Positions 1 to 13,624 of a stretch of DNA of 64,000 nt are shown here, one piece after another. This DNA comes from Haliotis cracherodii (Eukaryota): positions 22,320,001 through 22,384,000 of the forward strand of contig NW_027266308.1 in assembly GCF_022045235.1 (NCBI RefSeq). Reading direction: 5' to 3'. Position 1 is the first letter of the stretch. Each line of letters opens with the position of its first letter. The notes beneath the pieces are model-generated. The model did not search any database. It saw only the letters and a program-made list of their open reading frames with translations, and was not told where the DNA came from. The position numbers and the translations under genes were made by a program.

Positions 1-63
1 CAAGGGACGCAACTCTACACAGCGATTCGCGGCGCCTTAGACGACTGGGCCACCCGTGCCCCC
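1..63 (-). mobile_element. SINE family 2 head (cut by window edge)
   Basis: Near-identical to 25967-26030. Confidence 0.85.
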
Positions 64-548
64 AGATTGGGATGAAGTTTCATTGGAGTGGAGAAGCATG
101 TTGTGTACACAATACGGAAGATATAGCTTACAGGTCAACATCCTAACAGGTCAATCCAGCCCTGGACCTTGACCTTGCTACGGATATAAACCCGCTATTC
201 ACACTAATGTTACCTACTGACCAATTTACATCTATTATTGTTATTTGTAACGTACACTTTGTTACACGTTGATAATTTATATCTTATCTCATCTAACCCC
301 ACCTCACCTAACCTCACCTAACTAATGACACGAGAGACATGATACTTTAATTCGGTACTTGAAGGCCAGTGGTCAATGGTACAATAAGCTTAACAATTCT
401 CTTTGGCACAAATTGTCTTGTGGTCACAGACAATATTAGCTTGAGCAATAATCACATAATATATGGTATTTTGTCTCAGCCTGCGTCGACATAAATGTTG
501 CATGTTTAAAAAGATGTAATAAATATGTAGCAGTTCTTTAAACATGGG

Positions 549-712
549 TATGTTTCTAGGTTTGTCAGCACTCTACTCGTGTTCGCGGGTTTCATAGAAG
601 TGGTGAACGTCAGAGACCTGCATCACTTCGGGCTTTCCTTCCACATTAAGCTGACACGCCGTGATATAACTGGAATACTGTTAAAAGCTGCGTTAAACCC
701 AACTCACTCACA
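549..712 (+). mobile_element. SINE family 2, 5'-truncated
   Basis: Matches body and tail of 25755-25920. Confidence 0.85.
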
Positions 713-1249
713 CTTTAAACATGGTTAATATTACCATTGTTCAATATCAATAGGCATAACAATTCTTCTTGACACGGTGAGTATCACCTCGGGGCAATGA
801 CGTCAACTGACTCTAAAAGTCTATGCCCATCCTATTGACCAATCAGATTCCATCTCTCATATCACTTGCATTTGCTTCAAACAAAATGGCGGCGCCAAAC
901 CAAGACGATCTGATCGATAATAAAGATCTATATTGTAATAAAACGGGTTTTACCCCACAAAGTACATCAACTCATTTGAGCACCTTCATTAAAAACATGA
1001 GCACATTTGCAAAATATCTGATGACGCCGAGTTGGCGTTACATATGCTTTGCAAATCCTGTTGCCGACCAAAATCTGCACGTTTAAATCCATGTTGCTTA
1101 CGAACCGGATGTCTAGTTCGTTAAGCGATTTTGATTGGACTGTGCATAGACTCGTTAGTCCAGCCAAAATGTAACTCCAGAATACCAGCCTAGTTCCGCA
1201 AGGATGGAAACTGGACTTTTATTGTCAGTTATCGGCTTTATCTCGGGAA

Positions 1250-2560
1250 GATGCACGGTGAGAAGCTACATGATTTAAACACATCTTGTCGTACAACCAA
1301 CCTTAAAGACTTCAAAATCAGAAAACTCCAAGACGCTATCCACATCAAAAGACTACAACCATCAATCATCCGTGATCTTAGCTATTACATGCGTCCTGCG
1401 TACTTTCAACTGGTCAAAGACAACAATCAGTCATTATAATCCCTTTGTTTATACTTCTGGCTTCACTGTTAGGATGTTTACCATATATCACCCGCACTGG
1501 ATATGTCGATGGCAACCTTATTTCAAGTTTTATCCATGTTAAAGCTGCTTCTCCGCTGTGTAAATGTAAGTAGTTGTACGTGCTACCCGTACTTGGCTTA
1601 ATCTGAATGTACATTCAATTGTCACCTGTCTGCCGTGTATGATGGCCGACAGTAATCAACACCTTTCCGATGTTGACGTTTCATGTTACAGGTAACTCCA
1701 CTTATAGATTAACTGTACATCTACATCTCATTGCTAGTGTATCAATTATATCTAATATATTATATGTTAATTACCAATCCAGTAATGTCATCTCAAGTTA
1801 GTGAAAAATAGTTTGGGCGGTCGGGTAGCCCAGTGGTTAATGCGTTCGCTCGTCACACCGAAGACCCGGGTTCGATTCCCGACGTGGGTACAATGTGTGA
1901 AGCCCATTTCTGATGTCCCCCGCCGCAATATTGCTGGAATATTGCTTCAAGCGGCGTAAAACCATACTCACTCACTAAAAAAATAGTTGCGTGAAATGTA
2001 CGCATCGCTCTTATCGCTATTACTAAGTAAACTTAAGCACGGCACTGGCATAACATGTAAGTCAGTGTGTAAAGGAAGAATACTATATGTATACATGTTT
2101 AATATCATAATACAATATTATACCCAAATCACTATTTTATGGATCACTGACTTTTCGCTATAAGTGTGACTGACGCCAGTATCTAATCATCTCATCATAA
2201 AGCGCCAGTATGCATAACCTATAGTGGTTATATATATATTTCATATCTCATTATTACTCTCTAGCATGCATAGTCTATCATTGCTTATATATTTATAATG
2301 TATAATGTGAATATTCAATTGTCACTTTTCAGCCTGGCAAGATGGCCGACAGTAATCAACACCTTTCTGATGTTGACTTTTCATGTTACAGGTTACTGGC
2401 AAATAAATACGTTTAATGACACTCCGTCTTCAAATACTGGTCAGGGACAAAAACAACTGACCCCGCGATATGTACATAACAGGCACTTGCTTGATAACGG
2501 TGTTAGTACCTACGCTGAAACGTCGCTGTTAATTGTAATAAAGAAGTTGTTCATCCTTAT
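1250..2560 (+). mobile_element. Penelope-like retroelement remnant
   Basis: ORF 1251-1439 ends RKLQDAIHIKRLQPSIIRD, like the GIY-YIG C-terminus (xKIxEAIxIxxxxPxLNRD). An ~85-bp direct repeat (1608-1692 / 2310-2392) and a CTTGATAACGG..GAAACGTCG..AATAAA terminus (~2490-2545) resemble pseudo-LTRs. Confidence 0.55.
1815..1976 (+). mobile_element. SINE family 1 (tRNA-Asp-like head, (ACTC)n tail)
   Basis: A box TAGCCCAGTGG, B box GGTTCGATTCC, GTC anticodon remnant, TSD AAAAATAGTT. Confidence 0.9.
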
Positions 2561-2598
2561 ATATCATCCTGACTCAGGCTGGATGTTGTAGGAGAGAG

Positions 2599-5500
2599 CT
2601 ACTGCTGCTCCTCGTCAGAGATATCCTGGTCATCCCGCCCTTGTACACACAGGTTGTCCTTGGGGGGCACCACTCTCGACCGAGTCTTGAACACAAACAC
2701 ACTGAAAATGAATGTGAATAAAACCATATCAAAAGAAATAAACAATCTCTTCAAGACCATAGATCAGTCATGGTCTGAGCGCATTTGAGCGGTTGTTAAT
2801 TGGAAAGTTCGCTTTGCAAATGCTTAATTTAATCTAATTTGATTTAATTCCCTGGAACTGTACTATTTTGGATTGAACTGAATCAACGTTCTTTACCAAA
2901 CAGTTTTATAATGTATTAAAGGGGGCCAAGCGCGAGTGTGTTCCCCCTCATTTGATTTATGTCGTTTGACACAGTGTTCGACACTGGCCCGCTGGTCCGA
3001 GTCTAGTATATTTTCCAAGGACCATGACAATTATATAAACGCTGGTTCGGTGGTCAAGTGTTATTCAAGATAACTATGAAAGTAATCTTAAGTATATTAA
3101 GTTTGTATGACTTTTGAAATCGGCGATAGATCGACTCTAAAATCTTAGCAAAACCAGCAGTTCAGTGGCTTCCTTCTTGACTGGTTTCTAATTCTAACTA
3201 CACCCGCTCACTTGTTGCATGGATATGGTAAGGTATCTGCGATTTAAAACCTGAAAAATTTTGGTCACTATTTTTGTGTGCTGAGCAAACTTCGAAGATG
3301 AATATCAACCAAGCAGTCAATGAGTTTTCTAATTACACACGGACACTGTCTCAGCTTCACACGGGTGCTTTTACAATACCAAGTTGCTAATCAGTTGCTT
3401 GATAAACCAGCACATGTACCGACAGACTAGATAGTAATTGAAATGACCATATTTTTACAGAAAAAAAACATTTGTTAAATTGTCGACAAAATATGATTAA
3501 AAGGAGCAAAGAGACTTTATTCATTTGCTCCGGAACTGCAGTAATCTAGACTTGCCAAGTATTATAGACTTGCATGGCTTTTATTGGATATATTTGTTTC
3601 AGGGTCTGTATGACTTATGTATCGACATCGAAAGGATATTGATGTCACTCATATCTATATTTCCAGGTCTGGATATTAAATAGTCTCCAGACTGTCGAGA
3701 ACAGGCTTTTTTAAAATTGTAAACTAACGGGCAAAAGTAAGTATACACTTGAACATGGAAACTCCAACCGCTAATATGGAAACGAAATTCTGCAAACTTA
3801 AGGTCCACAACGCAACTATGATACCCGTATCAATTATCGACTAACCATTTCTTGTTAGTTTCATTTTCAGCCACCATCAATCAAGAGTGTATACTTTCTT
3901 CAGCCCAGCGTTTTAGTTGAAGTTGAAATATATAAACGGAAGGCCAAAACACACGCCTTACTTACGTCAACAATACAATCGCCACGATCTTGGTGGCCGC
4001 CATGATGAGGAACGCTGCACCACGCATGACGCTCAACGTTGCTTCATACACGACGTTGAGTGCGGTGGACCCCACTGCATCACAGACAGCCTCCACCACA
4101 GACATACTGGTGAATATTGCACCTATAACAAGGTATCACACATATTTGTTATTAACTCGAAAGGCCATATTTCTAATGACCAACACTGAACCAGTTTCTA
4201 AGCTTGCTAGGTATACATGAAATTCAGAAACAGTTCTACGTTTGAATATTGGGCAAATATTTTTTAATTGAATTTTTTCAGATCTTGACGAACATACATA
4301 CCCTGCTCCTCGGCTGGAACCATCCGAGACAGGATAGCCCTGAGGGCTGGGGAGATGGCTGATGATGCTACCCCCACAACCGGAACTGATCCGAAAGAAA
4401 GGGCAAAATAACGGATACATGTAATCTGGCTATTAGTGGGTTGCATGCTTTTTGCATTACAGATAGGTTTTGTTTTCTTTAACTCATTTACCATGTTCCC
4501 CATGTTAGGCACTACAAGTGGGATGGGGTTGGTGGGTGGGGGATGGTGGTAACTAAGACAATAAAAATATATAGAGGGTGTTTTTTGTCAAATAACATGT
4601 TTATCTCATCTCGTGACCTGAATTTACAATATGTTTAGATTTATCTCTTAAGCCCAGGCACAGATTTGCAAGCCACAGCTCTAAAATCATGGCGAGGTCC
4701 ATTTATAATCATAATGCAAAAAACAACAATGAATTTAAGTGAATGACTTAATGAGTGAGTGAGTATTGATTTGTTGGCACTATTCCAACAATACCACGAC
4801 AGGGTACAACAGATAAGGGCTTCACATTTGGAGAATCGAACCGGCCTTCGGTGTTATAAATGAATGCTTCAACCACTAGGCTATCCCACCGTTCCTGTAC
4901 CACCTAGCACAATGACTCACCTAAATACAACATCCAGTCCACAAAAGCAAGGCCTTCTATAAGTTTAGAAGCAGCCGCAGACATGAAGCCGATGATACCA
5001 ACTACACCATCTGTGGTGCAGACGTGGAGGGCCTTGATGATGACGACACTGCTGAAGTAGTAGACACCGTCCTTCAGGGCACCGTAGAGTCCCAATCTGA
5101 CAGAATCCCAGCAAAATGGAGGGCTCAACATATACAAGTTCTCGATATTTACTGTACCATGCATGTCTATCATCTTAAACAAGAACACACTAATACAGAT
5201 CCAGAATAGGACACGGTTACCAGTGGACGTTTTCCTAAAATAAAAACCGAACACATTTTTAATGGCCGTGATGGGTGAAATACAGGTCCCGCTTCTTTTG
5301 ACCGTTTCTCGAAGCAGGGTCACCACCACAAGGAAGTCCAGAAGTGTCATGGCAGCCATTCCGACAGAAGGATACAGGTAGCCGTACATCTTTATCAAGT
5401 AACCCGTGGCTATATGCAGGGATATATCAGCTATACCCCTGGCGGCATCCACTACAGCCAGTGCTACCGTTCTCACTTTAGCTGGCGGGGTGATGTCTGC

Positions 5501-6070
5501 TGTGTACGCATACCCCGCTAGGTAGAAGGTAAAGGATGACCCACACAGTCCGTCAGCGCCGTACCCGATGAAGAAATAGTGAAGGTCAAGATTCCAGACG
5601 ATGATGGCAACTGTCGTGAGATCCCTAGTCAGCCTACCCACCATCATTGTCATGAACAAGAAGCGTCGGCCGAAATAGTCCGAATAGGCTCCCAGAAACA
5701 GGTTGGTAAAGATTGCAGGGATGCTTGTGGCAAGAGTCAGCTGCATATTGAGGTTGGTAGCTTCTTTCTGGACCTCCTTCTGGAGGTCGGACTCCATGGC
5801 AGTGCTGTTGGCAACACATTCACTGTGAGAGGTCTTCCTTTCCGGAAACGTTGAGTTAGGAAAATACTCCTCGCTATATCGCAGGTATAAGTACTGGGAC
5901 ATGAGCGGACTGTGGATGGCACCGGAGCCGCCATGGAGGAACAGTATGAGACTAACGAGGAACAGACGTCTGATTTGGATTGTCTTCTGGCTGCCAGGGA
6001 CAATGTGGTCGCCGCCATCTTTTATGAGAGGTTCTGTCTCACGTCCGCAGTGAATGTTGTCGTCCTCCAT
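2599..6070 (-). CDS. G1: SLC46-family MFS transporter (proton-coupled folate transporter/SLC46A3-like), 4 coding exons, ~497 aa
   Basis: Exons 6070-4921, 4385-4302 (84 bp), 4122-3966 (157 bp), 2701-2599 (TAG), all GT-AG and phase-compatible (1,1,2). Motifs GAYSDYFGRR, YAYTAD, PFCW, ALRAILSRMVPAEEQGAIF. An in-frame upstream ATG at 6118 is possible, but an acceptor-like ...cacaag precedes ATG 6070. Confidence 0.9.
4750..4892 (-). mobile_element. Old degenerate SINE family 1 copy in G1 intron 1
   Basis: Degenerate match to family 1; a copy at the same position in the pseudogene (~25360-25500) indicates it predates the duplication. Confidence 0.65.
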
Positions 6071-6405
6071 CCCAGCCTTGTGTACATAGATTATAAATAA
6101 TGCAACACAAGCTATCATATGATGTCTATCAGTAATAGATAAACTAGTAAACAGTATCTGTCAGTTCCAGTTCGCATTTACTTATGACTAGGCCCGATGT
6201 GGGACACACTCGCGTGATAAAATGTAGCGTTGCATCCGAGCATATACACATCAAGGTTATATTTACATATTGTTATTTTCAAACATTTTCTACATAATTT
6301 GATGACATTTAATGACAAGGTAGCACGGATGTTCTGATAGTGTGGAGAACCCTTATACGTTCCAAAATATGTTAATCTATAATTCAATACACCCATTACC
6401 GGACA

Positions 6406-6569
6406 GGGGCGGTCGGGTAGCCTTGTGGTTCAAGCGTTCGCTCGTCATGCCGAAGACCCGGGTTCGATTCCCGACACGGGTACAATGTGTGAAGCCCATT
6501 TTTGGTGTCCCCCGCCGTGATATTGCTGGAATATTGCTAAAACCATACTCACTCACTCACTCACTCACT
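6406..6569 (+). mobile_element. SINE family 1
   Basis: Same sequence as 1815; absent at the paralogous site ~14650; short GGACA duplication. Confidence 0.9.
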
Positions 6570-7399
6570 ACAGGACAACATGTATTATAGGCCCGTACCA
6601 CTATTGATAGTATGAAACCCATTTATTACAAATGTAGCAGCGTTTCAATGTATATTCAACACCATTATTATCAAGCAGGATATGCACAAAGTGAGCAGTC
6701 AGCAATATATGTATAAAGAAAACAGGTAGTAGTAGTGAGAAGAAGACGAATAATAATAAAAATCATCATCATCATCATCATCTTGTACATCCATTACCGG
6801 ACAACATGTACTATAGATCCATAACCTCTCAGTAGCATGAAAAAACACTGTTGATAGTACGGAACCTTCTTTTACAAATGTAGCGACGTTGCAAGGTATA
6901 TTTAATATCCGTATAATGAAGCAGTATGTGTACGAACAGGTAGCAATATATTTTGGTGGTGGTTGTGGGTTTTGAATGATATGTATTTTGACCCTTTGAG
7001 TTGACCATACAAAGCATTACTTCCTGTATTTGCTCACACATCAAGTTGCCGACTGCCAGCTGAACAACGACAACAGTAGTATAATATAGTATGTTTTTTT
7101 TATTAAAGACCATTGTTTTACAATACCAAGTGTAGCTAAAGCCCAGTATGCAGTTTTCTTCAAATTAAAAGGAAATTGTCAACTTAACATGTTTGTACTC
7201 ACAACTGCTGGAGGAATGTATCTTTCAATTACTGAGATTATGTAAACTGGCGAACAAAAGAACTTTTACCATTCCGTTTTTTTACACGTTGGTCCCAAAC
7301 TCTGAATGGTGTTACGAAATGGTTGAGAAACAATCGCCCACACACAACTAAAACATTTTGCCGAGTAATGCAGATGTTACAGTACCCAGATAAGTGGAA

Positions 7400-7830
7400 C
7401 TTCAGTTTGAAGTTAAAATGTTGCTGTAAGTGAAGCATGGCATCCAACAAAGATACGGGTCAAGGACTAAGATGCGGACAGTCACCAGGCTTATGGCCTG
7501 TTACAGGCAGAATGGACAGACAAGACACACTCCTGGGAGTGGCAGACCTGTCTCCACCACCCAGGAATGGCTGCGTCGGTACAACATCAGAGCTTGCAGA
7601 CCTCTACGAGACCTCACGTCGGAATACCAACGTCGAAGACATCAATGGACTCAAACCATGCCACGCCACTTAAGCAGAAATGTGTAAAAAGTCACAGACG
7701 AGCTCGAGAGCAGATTCTAGTTTTTCTGAACGGATGGAAGAGGTCACCGTCGACGAGGAGAATGAGCGTCACTTCAAGATGTCGACCCATTTGGAGGTGG
7801 CGGCATTATGGTTTGGGGCATACTGGATGG
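7400..7830 (+). mobile_element. Degenerate Tc1-like transposase fragment
   Basis: Broken frames with SGRPVSTT, LRRYNIRACRP, and remnants of the ESRF and FGGG-IMVWG motifs (tttggaggtggcggcattatggtttgggg). Confidence 0.6.
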
Positions 7831-8173
7831 GGATACATTCACTAATCTCTCCATCATCTTTTGCTCCACACTACACGACGTGGGGACCTTTACTTCCGGA
7901 TGTTTTTTCGGTACCCTGCGAGAGCGGGCATAGGTGGTAAATAAAAAGAAACGAGATCAGGCCACGTTCCTCTAGTCAACTTAATTTACTTCCTTAAGTT
8001 ATGCATAACTACTTACTATTAAGTCAGCTGCGAATAGGCAGAAATCAATATATATTCATTCATTCACAATGCCTTCACTTAGCAATTTTGCTTCTGTCGC
8101 TATATAGGATAGTTACAAAGAGCATATGATGTCTTTAGAATGTACTGTATGTCTCGGGTATGTCAGGATAACG

Positions 8174-11100
8174 TTATGGTGTCATCACTACTTCTTTTGG
8201 TGACTTCAGTTCGACTTTGTCTGGGGGCATGACACCATACTCCGATACTTGTGCGTCTTCTCTCGAGATGAAGAGGAATGCACTGCAAACATAAACAAAC
8301 ACGTGACAGAAAGTGCCAAATTACCCGGTTAGATTTCGCTAAGGACGATGTTCACATAAAAGTATACAAAGGCACTAGTGCATTTGTAACCACGATCCTT
8401 GGCTAATTACTGATGACGGTTAAATATTATTTTTTTCGTATGATAACGTTTATAAAATATGTTTTCAGAAACCATAGACGTCGAGATTTGTGAATAATGC
8501 TTGCTACACTTACAGTAGGGACACACGGAGTATCGTGATATCAAGTTCACTACAAGATACAGATACTAAAAAACAACCGGCCCAACAAAAACAGATTAAG
8601 CAAACTGATTGCAACTAACTGCTTCTTGACATTTGTCCACATCGATTTAGTTAAAGTTAGCTTAATATCACAATATACCGATACAATAAATCGTTTAAGC
8701 AATAGTTTATACTGTGTGAATAACCTTTTAATACAAGCCTTTTAGGCACAATACAGTGAATTTACAGGACAATAGATCATCAACAAAAACAATATTGATA
8801 ATTACTGATCAGCTGTATTGATGAAAGGGGTTATATATGATTCTTCATAACAATCATTTCATGAATGTTAATCAGCCATAGTTCTTACATAGTAAAAGCA
8901 GTACAGATAATTGCGATTCCGGCCATTACGATGAAAACCGCCCCTCTCAAAGAGTCAACAGTAGCGTGATAGACGGTGTTGTACATCGTTGCAGACAGCG
9001 TGCTACAGATACTCTCCATGGCGGCAATACTTGAGAACAGAGCACCTGCAACAACATAGCAAATAACTACTAGTAAGTGCGCAATCCTGTCCATGTAGGC
9101 AGTAAACTATTTGATAGGTTCTGTGGTTATATTATCATCCTTGGTGTAATGTAAACACTACATACACCAGTATAAATATGATATTTTTCCTCATGTATGT
9201 AGTGTGNNNNNNNNNNNNNNNNNNNNNNNNNNNNNNNNNNNNNNNNNNNNNNNNNNNNNNNNNNNNNNNNNNNNNNNNNNNNNNNNNNNNNNNNNNNNNN
9301 NNNNNNNNNNNNNNNNNNNNNNNNNNNNNNNNNNNNNNNNNNNNNNNNNNNNNNNNNNNNNNNNNNNNNNNNNNNNNNNNNNTCAAATACAAGGTTGTGT
9401 CCACAAAGATAGCTAATTACAAGGACTTCGCTAGATGGTACACTCGGTCGTATTAAAACGCAATAGTGTTACTTCGGGAACATCACCCTTTGAGCACGTA
9501 CCTAGCCCTGTTTATGAAATAAATTACGGTGATAGTTTGTTAGTATAGATAGCGCCTGTGGGGATTTCATTAACCCCACATGCGTGTCACCAATTATACA
9601 TTTGGCCACCTTAACACAGTCGTTGTTAATATGTGAATTCAACGAAAATGGCAATGTTCGAAAAGAGGTCTCTCTCTTGTTCTTACCTTGTTCCAGCGGG
9701 GACGTCATCTTCGACATGACTGATCGAGCAACAGGGACAACGGTCAATGATAAGAGGGAGATCAGTGGGACTGCAAAGTGAATGTTAGTAATAAAAATAA
9801 ATAAATTCCATAAATTGTGCCTACTTTGAATATTGGTTGTATTGGATACGACATATCAGGCAAAGATTTATGTCTTTTGTCATTTGTTGTCAATATTTCC
9901 AATAAATGTGAATAATGAGTGAGTATTTATTTATTTATTTTCATGTCTTGTGAGTGATATCGCCTTGAATACAATAAACGTCTTGAACTTTGAATCTTGA
10001 AAACTAGAGTAGAAACGGGTATCAATTTCTTTTCTCAAGTTAGTATAATGGGTGCAAGGACCAACGTGGCCGCGAAGTGAAGTCAGCTGAATGTATTTTC
10101 ACGTCATAAATCTTCATTGCATATTACACCAGATTGTAAATATTCGAGTTCCATCGAGACAATGCCGCAACTGATACTGGATTTAACTGTCCACGCTCTC
10201 GGGGATGTCCTGCACCCGTAAGCAAAGTCAGTCCACTTGTTTCTGGTGAGCTAGAGAACCCCACGGGAAGATTTAAATGTCAACACTATTTGGAAGCTTG
10301 TGTGAGTGAGTCTGAGTTCGTCAGCCATGTCACGGAGGATGACACCAAGAATGGACTGCAAGCGGTGTACACATATGGGGGATTCAATCTAAGTTTTAAA
10401 TATGAATATAAATATTATTATTTATTCTGATATACATATACATAAAAGCAACGAAAACCATTTCCATAAGCATAAGAAATCTATGCTTACAGCAGAGTCG
10501 ATGTTGTACGATGCCGACAATGTCAGAAGCATGTGTTTATGAATCGCTATAAATAAGTGATGATACCAGGTGTTCGCAAGAAAGCAAGTTTGTCCTGTCC
10601 CACTTGTGGGTCCAGTCACAAACACATGCAAACGCAAGTCAAGTATTCATCTGAACAATCTTAGGGACATACGGTGTAAGTCAATATAAGGCATTCCAAA
10701 GTAGTTCATTCTGAGTTCAACCTCAAAAGCAAAATGAGTAAAAGATCTTCCGCAATATAGTCATCCCTAGAACAGGTCATTGTGACCTATTTGTTTACAT
10801 TTATAAACGAAATTTTAGGGCACAAAATAAATATATAACTACGTAGAGAATCTAACACCTATAGTAATACCACTATTAAGGTTTAATTAATAATTGGATG
10901 GATTCATTGAAGTGTGAACCATTTAAAAGCGCTGGTTAAACTGTGTGAACGTCCGAGCTTGCGGGGTTCACACTTCAATAAACTCATCCACACTGACTTT
11001 CAATTCTTAGAATTTCATACTTTGTAGTTCACTGGTTTTTCTGAATAATATTGTAACAAATATTGCTGAAATTTGACGTCCACTGGTTTCGCCGAAGAAC

Positions 11101-13624
11101 ATTGCAACGATGTGAAAATATGTCAATATCAACATAATTTTATTCTCTGAACAAATTGACAAACAATATTTGGGATTAATCAAGTCTTAAAAATAGGTAA
11201 CAGGAAACAGAACAAAAATCTAAACATGACCTCAATGCACCGAGGCGAGGTCAACCATCAAGTGTGGATTTATATATGACGTCAAATAAGTTTGTAAAAG
11301 GGTGCATTTCGAGTCGAAATGGATACTTACTGCTGTTGAGAAAGAAGTTTATGGAACAGTTATGGAAAACACCCCGACGCATGAACTCTCCCATGGAACT
11401 AGCAAATTGGGAATATCACTGATTTATGAATGTGTTGTTTGTGTTTGGATAATCGCAAACCAATTCAGACGATGTAGAAAGGACTGGTGGGGATTGAATG
11501 AAGTGCTCTGAAACTTGCATGTTTTGTGTTAATTTTCAACGTCAGGGTGTGTTATATTTGGAGCTTGGGATTTGTCGTGTGTGCTGTAATACTTTGCTCA
11601 GCTGGTGTTTCTTGTCACCTGAGATGGACCTACTGTATGACCTGATGCCAGATTCATTTCTGTGCGCGGTCATTTCTCGTGTGCCGCCGCTTCTCAGCCA
11701 AGAGTGCACGGAGAAGGTCGGCCAACTCAGAAACCGGAATAGAATGTGTTTTATGGTTTCTCAAAATCTTGGGGTTCCCGATACGGTAGTGAATCGGGTC
11801 TTAGTTTGGGATTGATCAGGAGCAGACGCTTTGATCTGTGTCGGCGGCCGTATCTGAGCAGGGTACGACATTGTTTTCATTCGCAATTGTCTTGGTGCTA
11901 GATTTCTGTCATTTCCGAAACCAGGCATCAAAGTAAATATCGCTCAATAAATCAATTTCGTTCAACTCAGTAATTTTACAGATTTCATTTTCTTCACTTG
12001 CGTTATTAGTATTGATAGATAGCCATTCCATATCCAAATCACCGTAAGGACAATCCATTTTGTTTCATCTAGCAGCTACATTAAACACCTGAACCAAAGC
12101 CATTATTTATTTCAAGTCAGATGCAATATTACAAGTGCAGGCAAAATACTAAATTAATTATATTGCTGATAAACAATGGGCTTAAAATGAAAATAGAAAA
12201 ACTAGTTGATTGTAAACACCGATCGAGAATTCGGGGAAACCCCGGAAAGTAGTTCCAAAAAAAGTTCACAGGATCAATTTCACACAAAACCTGTTCACAT
12301 CGTATGAACTTTGCTGTCCGTTCACAGGTGTGTGAACTCCAAATGTCAGATCACGTGACTATCCATTCAGCCAATCAGCAGTAAAGAAACAGTGTTAACT
12401 TGAAATTATGAAATTGTAATGATTTCATGTTCAGTATGGCGGTAATAATGTAATGAAGATGTCAGAAACCTCACAAAACCTACCTAAATACAGCATCCAA
12501 TCGTTGACGGCCAGTCCCTCCACCACGAAGGATGCTGCACCGAAAGCCATTCCTATCAATGCAATTGTCATGTCTCGGAAGCAAGGCTGTAAAAGCTTGA
12601 GTCCAACTAGGCTACATACAACACTGAAGGACAGTTTGATAGCACCATAGTAGCCGATTTTCAGAGAGTTCCAACAAAATGGCTTGTCTAGTTGAAACAG
12701 AGTTTCTACATTTGACCGTCCAAGCATTTGGATCGTTCCAAAAAAGAATATAAGGAGTGCTAGTATATACATGGCTCGCTGTTTACCTGAGCCTCGTGTG
12801 AAGAAGAATCCAAAAACCTTCTTGATGTGTGGAAGCGGAGACCACCGTTTCTCCATCTTATTGGTCATAGTTTCAGGCAGAAGTGTTATTACCAAGATCA
12901 GTCCCAGACCAGAGATGGCAGTTATCATTATCGCAGCGTACAGGTAGTTGACACTATGTATGATGAATCCAACGGCTAATTGACCAATAGACCCTGCCAC
13001 AGCAAAGCTACCCTCCACCAGAGCTATCATGACAGTGCGTTTCTTTCCAGGCTCAGTCACATCTGCCGTGTATGCAAACACAGCCAGGAGATATCCGCTG
13101 AACGATCCAGTGAGACCCTCCAAAACATAGCCCAAATATAACCAGCCAAGGGGAAATCGAAACGCTATTACAAGACACAACATTGTTCCTTTCAGGACAG
13201 CCCCTAGGGTAGGTATGAAAAATAGGAATTTCCGGCCAAGAAAGTCGGAGTAGGATCCAATGACTAGGTTGATGAAGATGGAAGCAATGGATCCAGAGAG
13301 TGATAAGTATAGCAAAATATCCGACGACTGTTGTTGGATCTTGATTCCAATCAGATTATCATGGTTGCTTTTATTTCTGCTGCAAGTGTTTCCAGTGCTG
13401 AAACTTTCGTTTGTGTTGTTAGTGTAGGACTCAGAAATCCGCTTCCTTACGAACTGGGCGAGAAATGGCGAGAAGGATATGACACCAGACATATAAACCA
13501 CCGCCACTATCCCGCAAGTCACCATGGCCCTTAGCAAGGGCACACTCTTGGCATCATTATCATCTTCATAAATATCGTTAGCTTTGGTGCTACCAGTCTT
13601 TCCCATACTGCTCATGTTTAACAT
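8174..13624 (-). CDS. G2: SLC46-family MFS transporter (PCFT-like), 4 coding exons, ~496 aa
   Basis: Exons 13624-12484, 9770-9687 (84 bp), 9045-8889 (157 bp), 8282-8174 (TAA); GT-AG, in frame. Motifs GSYSDFLGRK, FAYTAD, MIALVE, LPET, PFCW, RSVMSK..EQGALFS. Confidence 0.92.
9207..9382. other. Assembly gap (others at 14744-14890, 47575-47718, 57695-57831)
   Basis: Runs of N. Confidence 1.
10887..12398. mobile_element. Non-autonomous insertion with terminal palindrome in G2 intron 1
   Basis: Arms TGGATGGATTCATTGAAGTGTGAACC (10895-10920) / GGTTCACACTTCAATAAACTCATCCA (10965-10990). The ~1.5 kb is absent from the otherwise collinear G3 intron 1 (empty site at ~19903-19910, TTTAA). Confidence 0.7.

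Noticed and set aside
1815-1890. tRNA-Asp-like and other tRNA-like sequences (also 6406, 41310, 53237, 30965, 25920)
   Set aside because: They continue into shared bodies and microsatellite tails with TSDs and have broken stems, so they are SINE heads, not tRNA genes.
3599-3808. Minus-strand ORF as candidate last exon of G1
   Set aside because: Phase-incompatible with the 157-bp exon; 2701-2599 has a strong acceptor, the correct phase and similarity to the paralog tails.
4904-6118. Treating the long ORFs (also 12431, 19905, 34214, 42907, 54538) as complete single-exon genes
   Set aside because: Each reads through a GT donor into intron and lacks TM10-12, which lie on the downstream exons.
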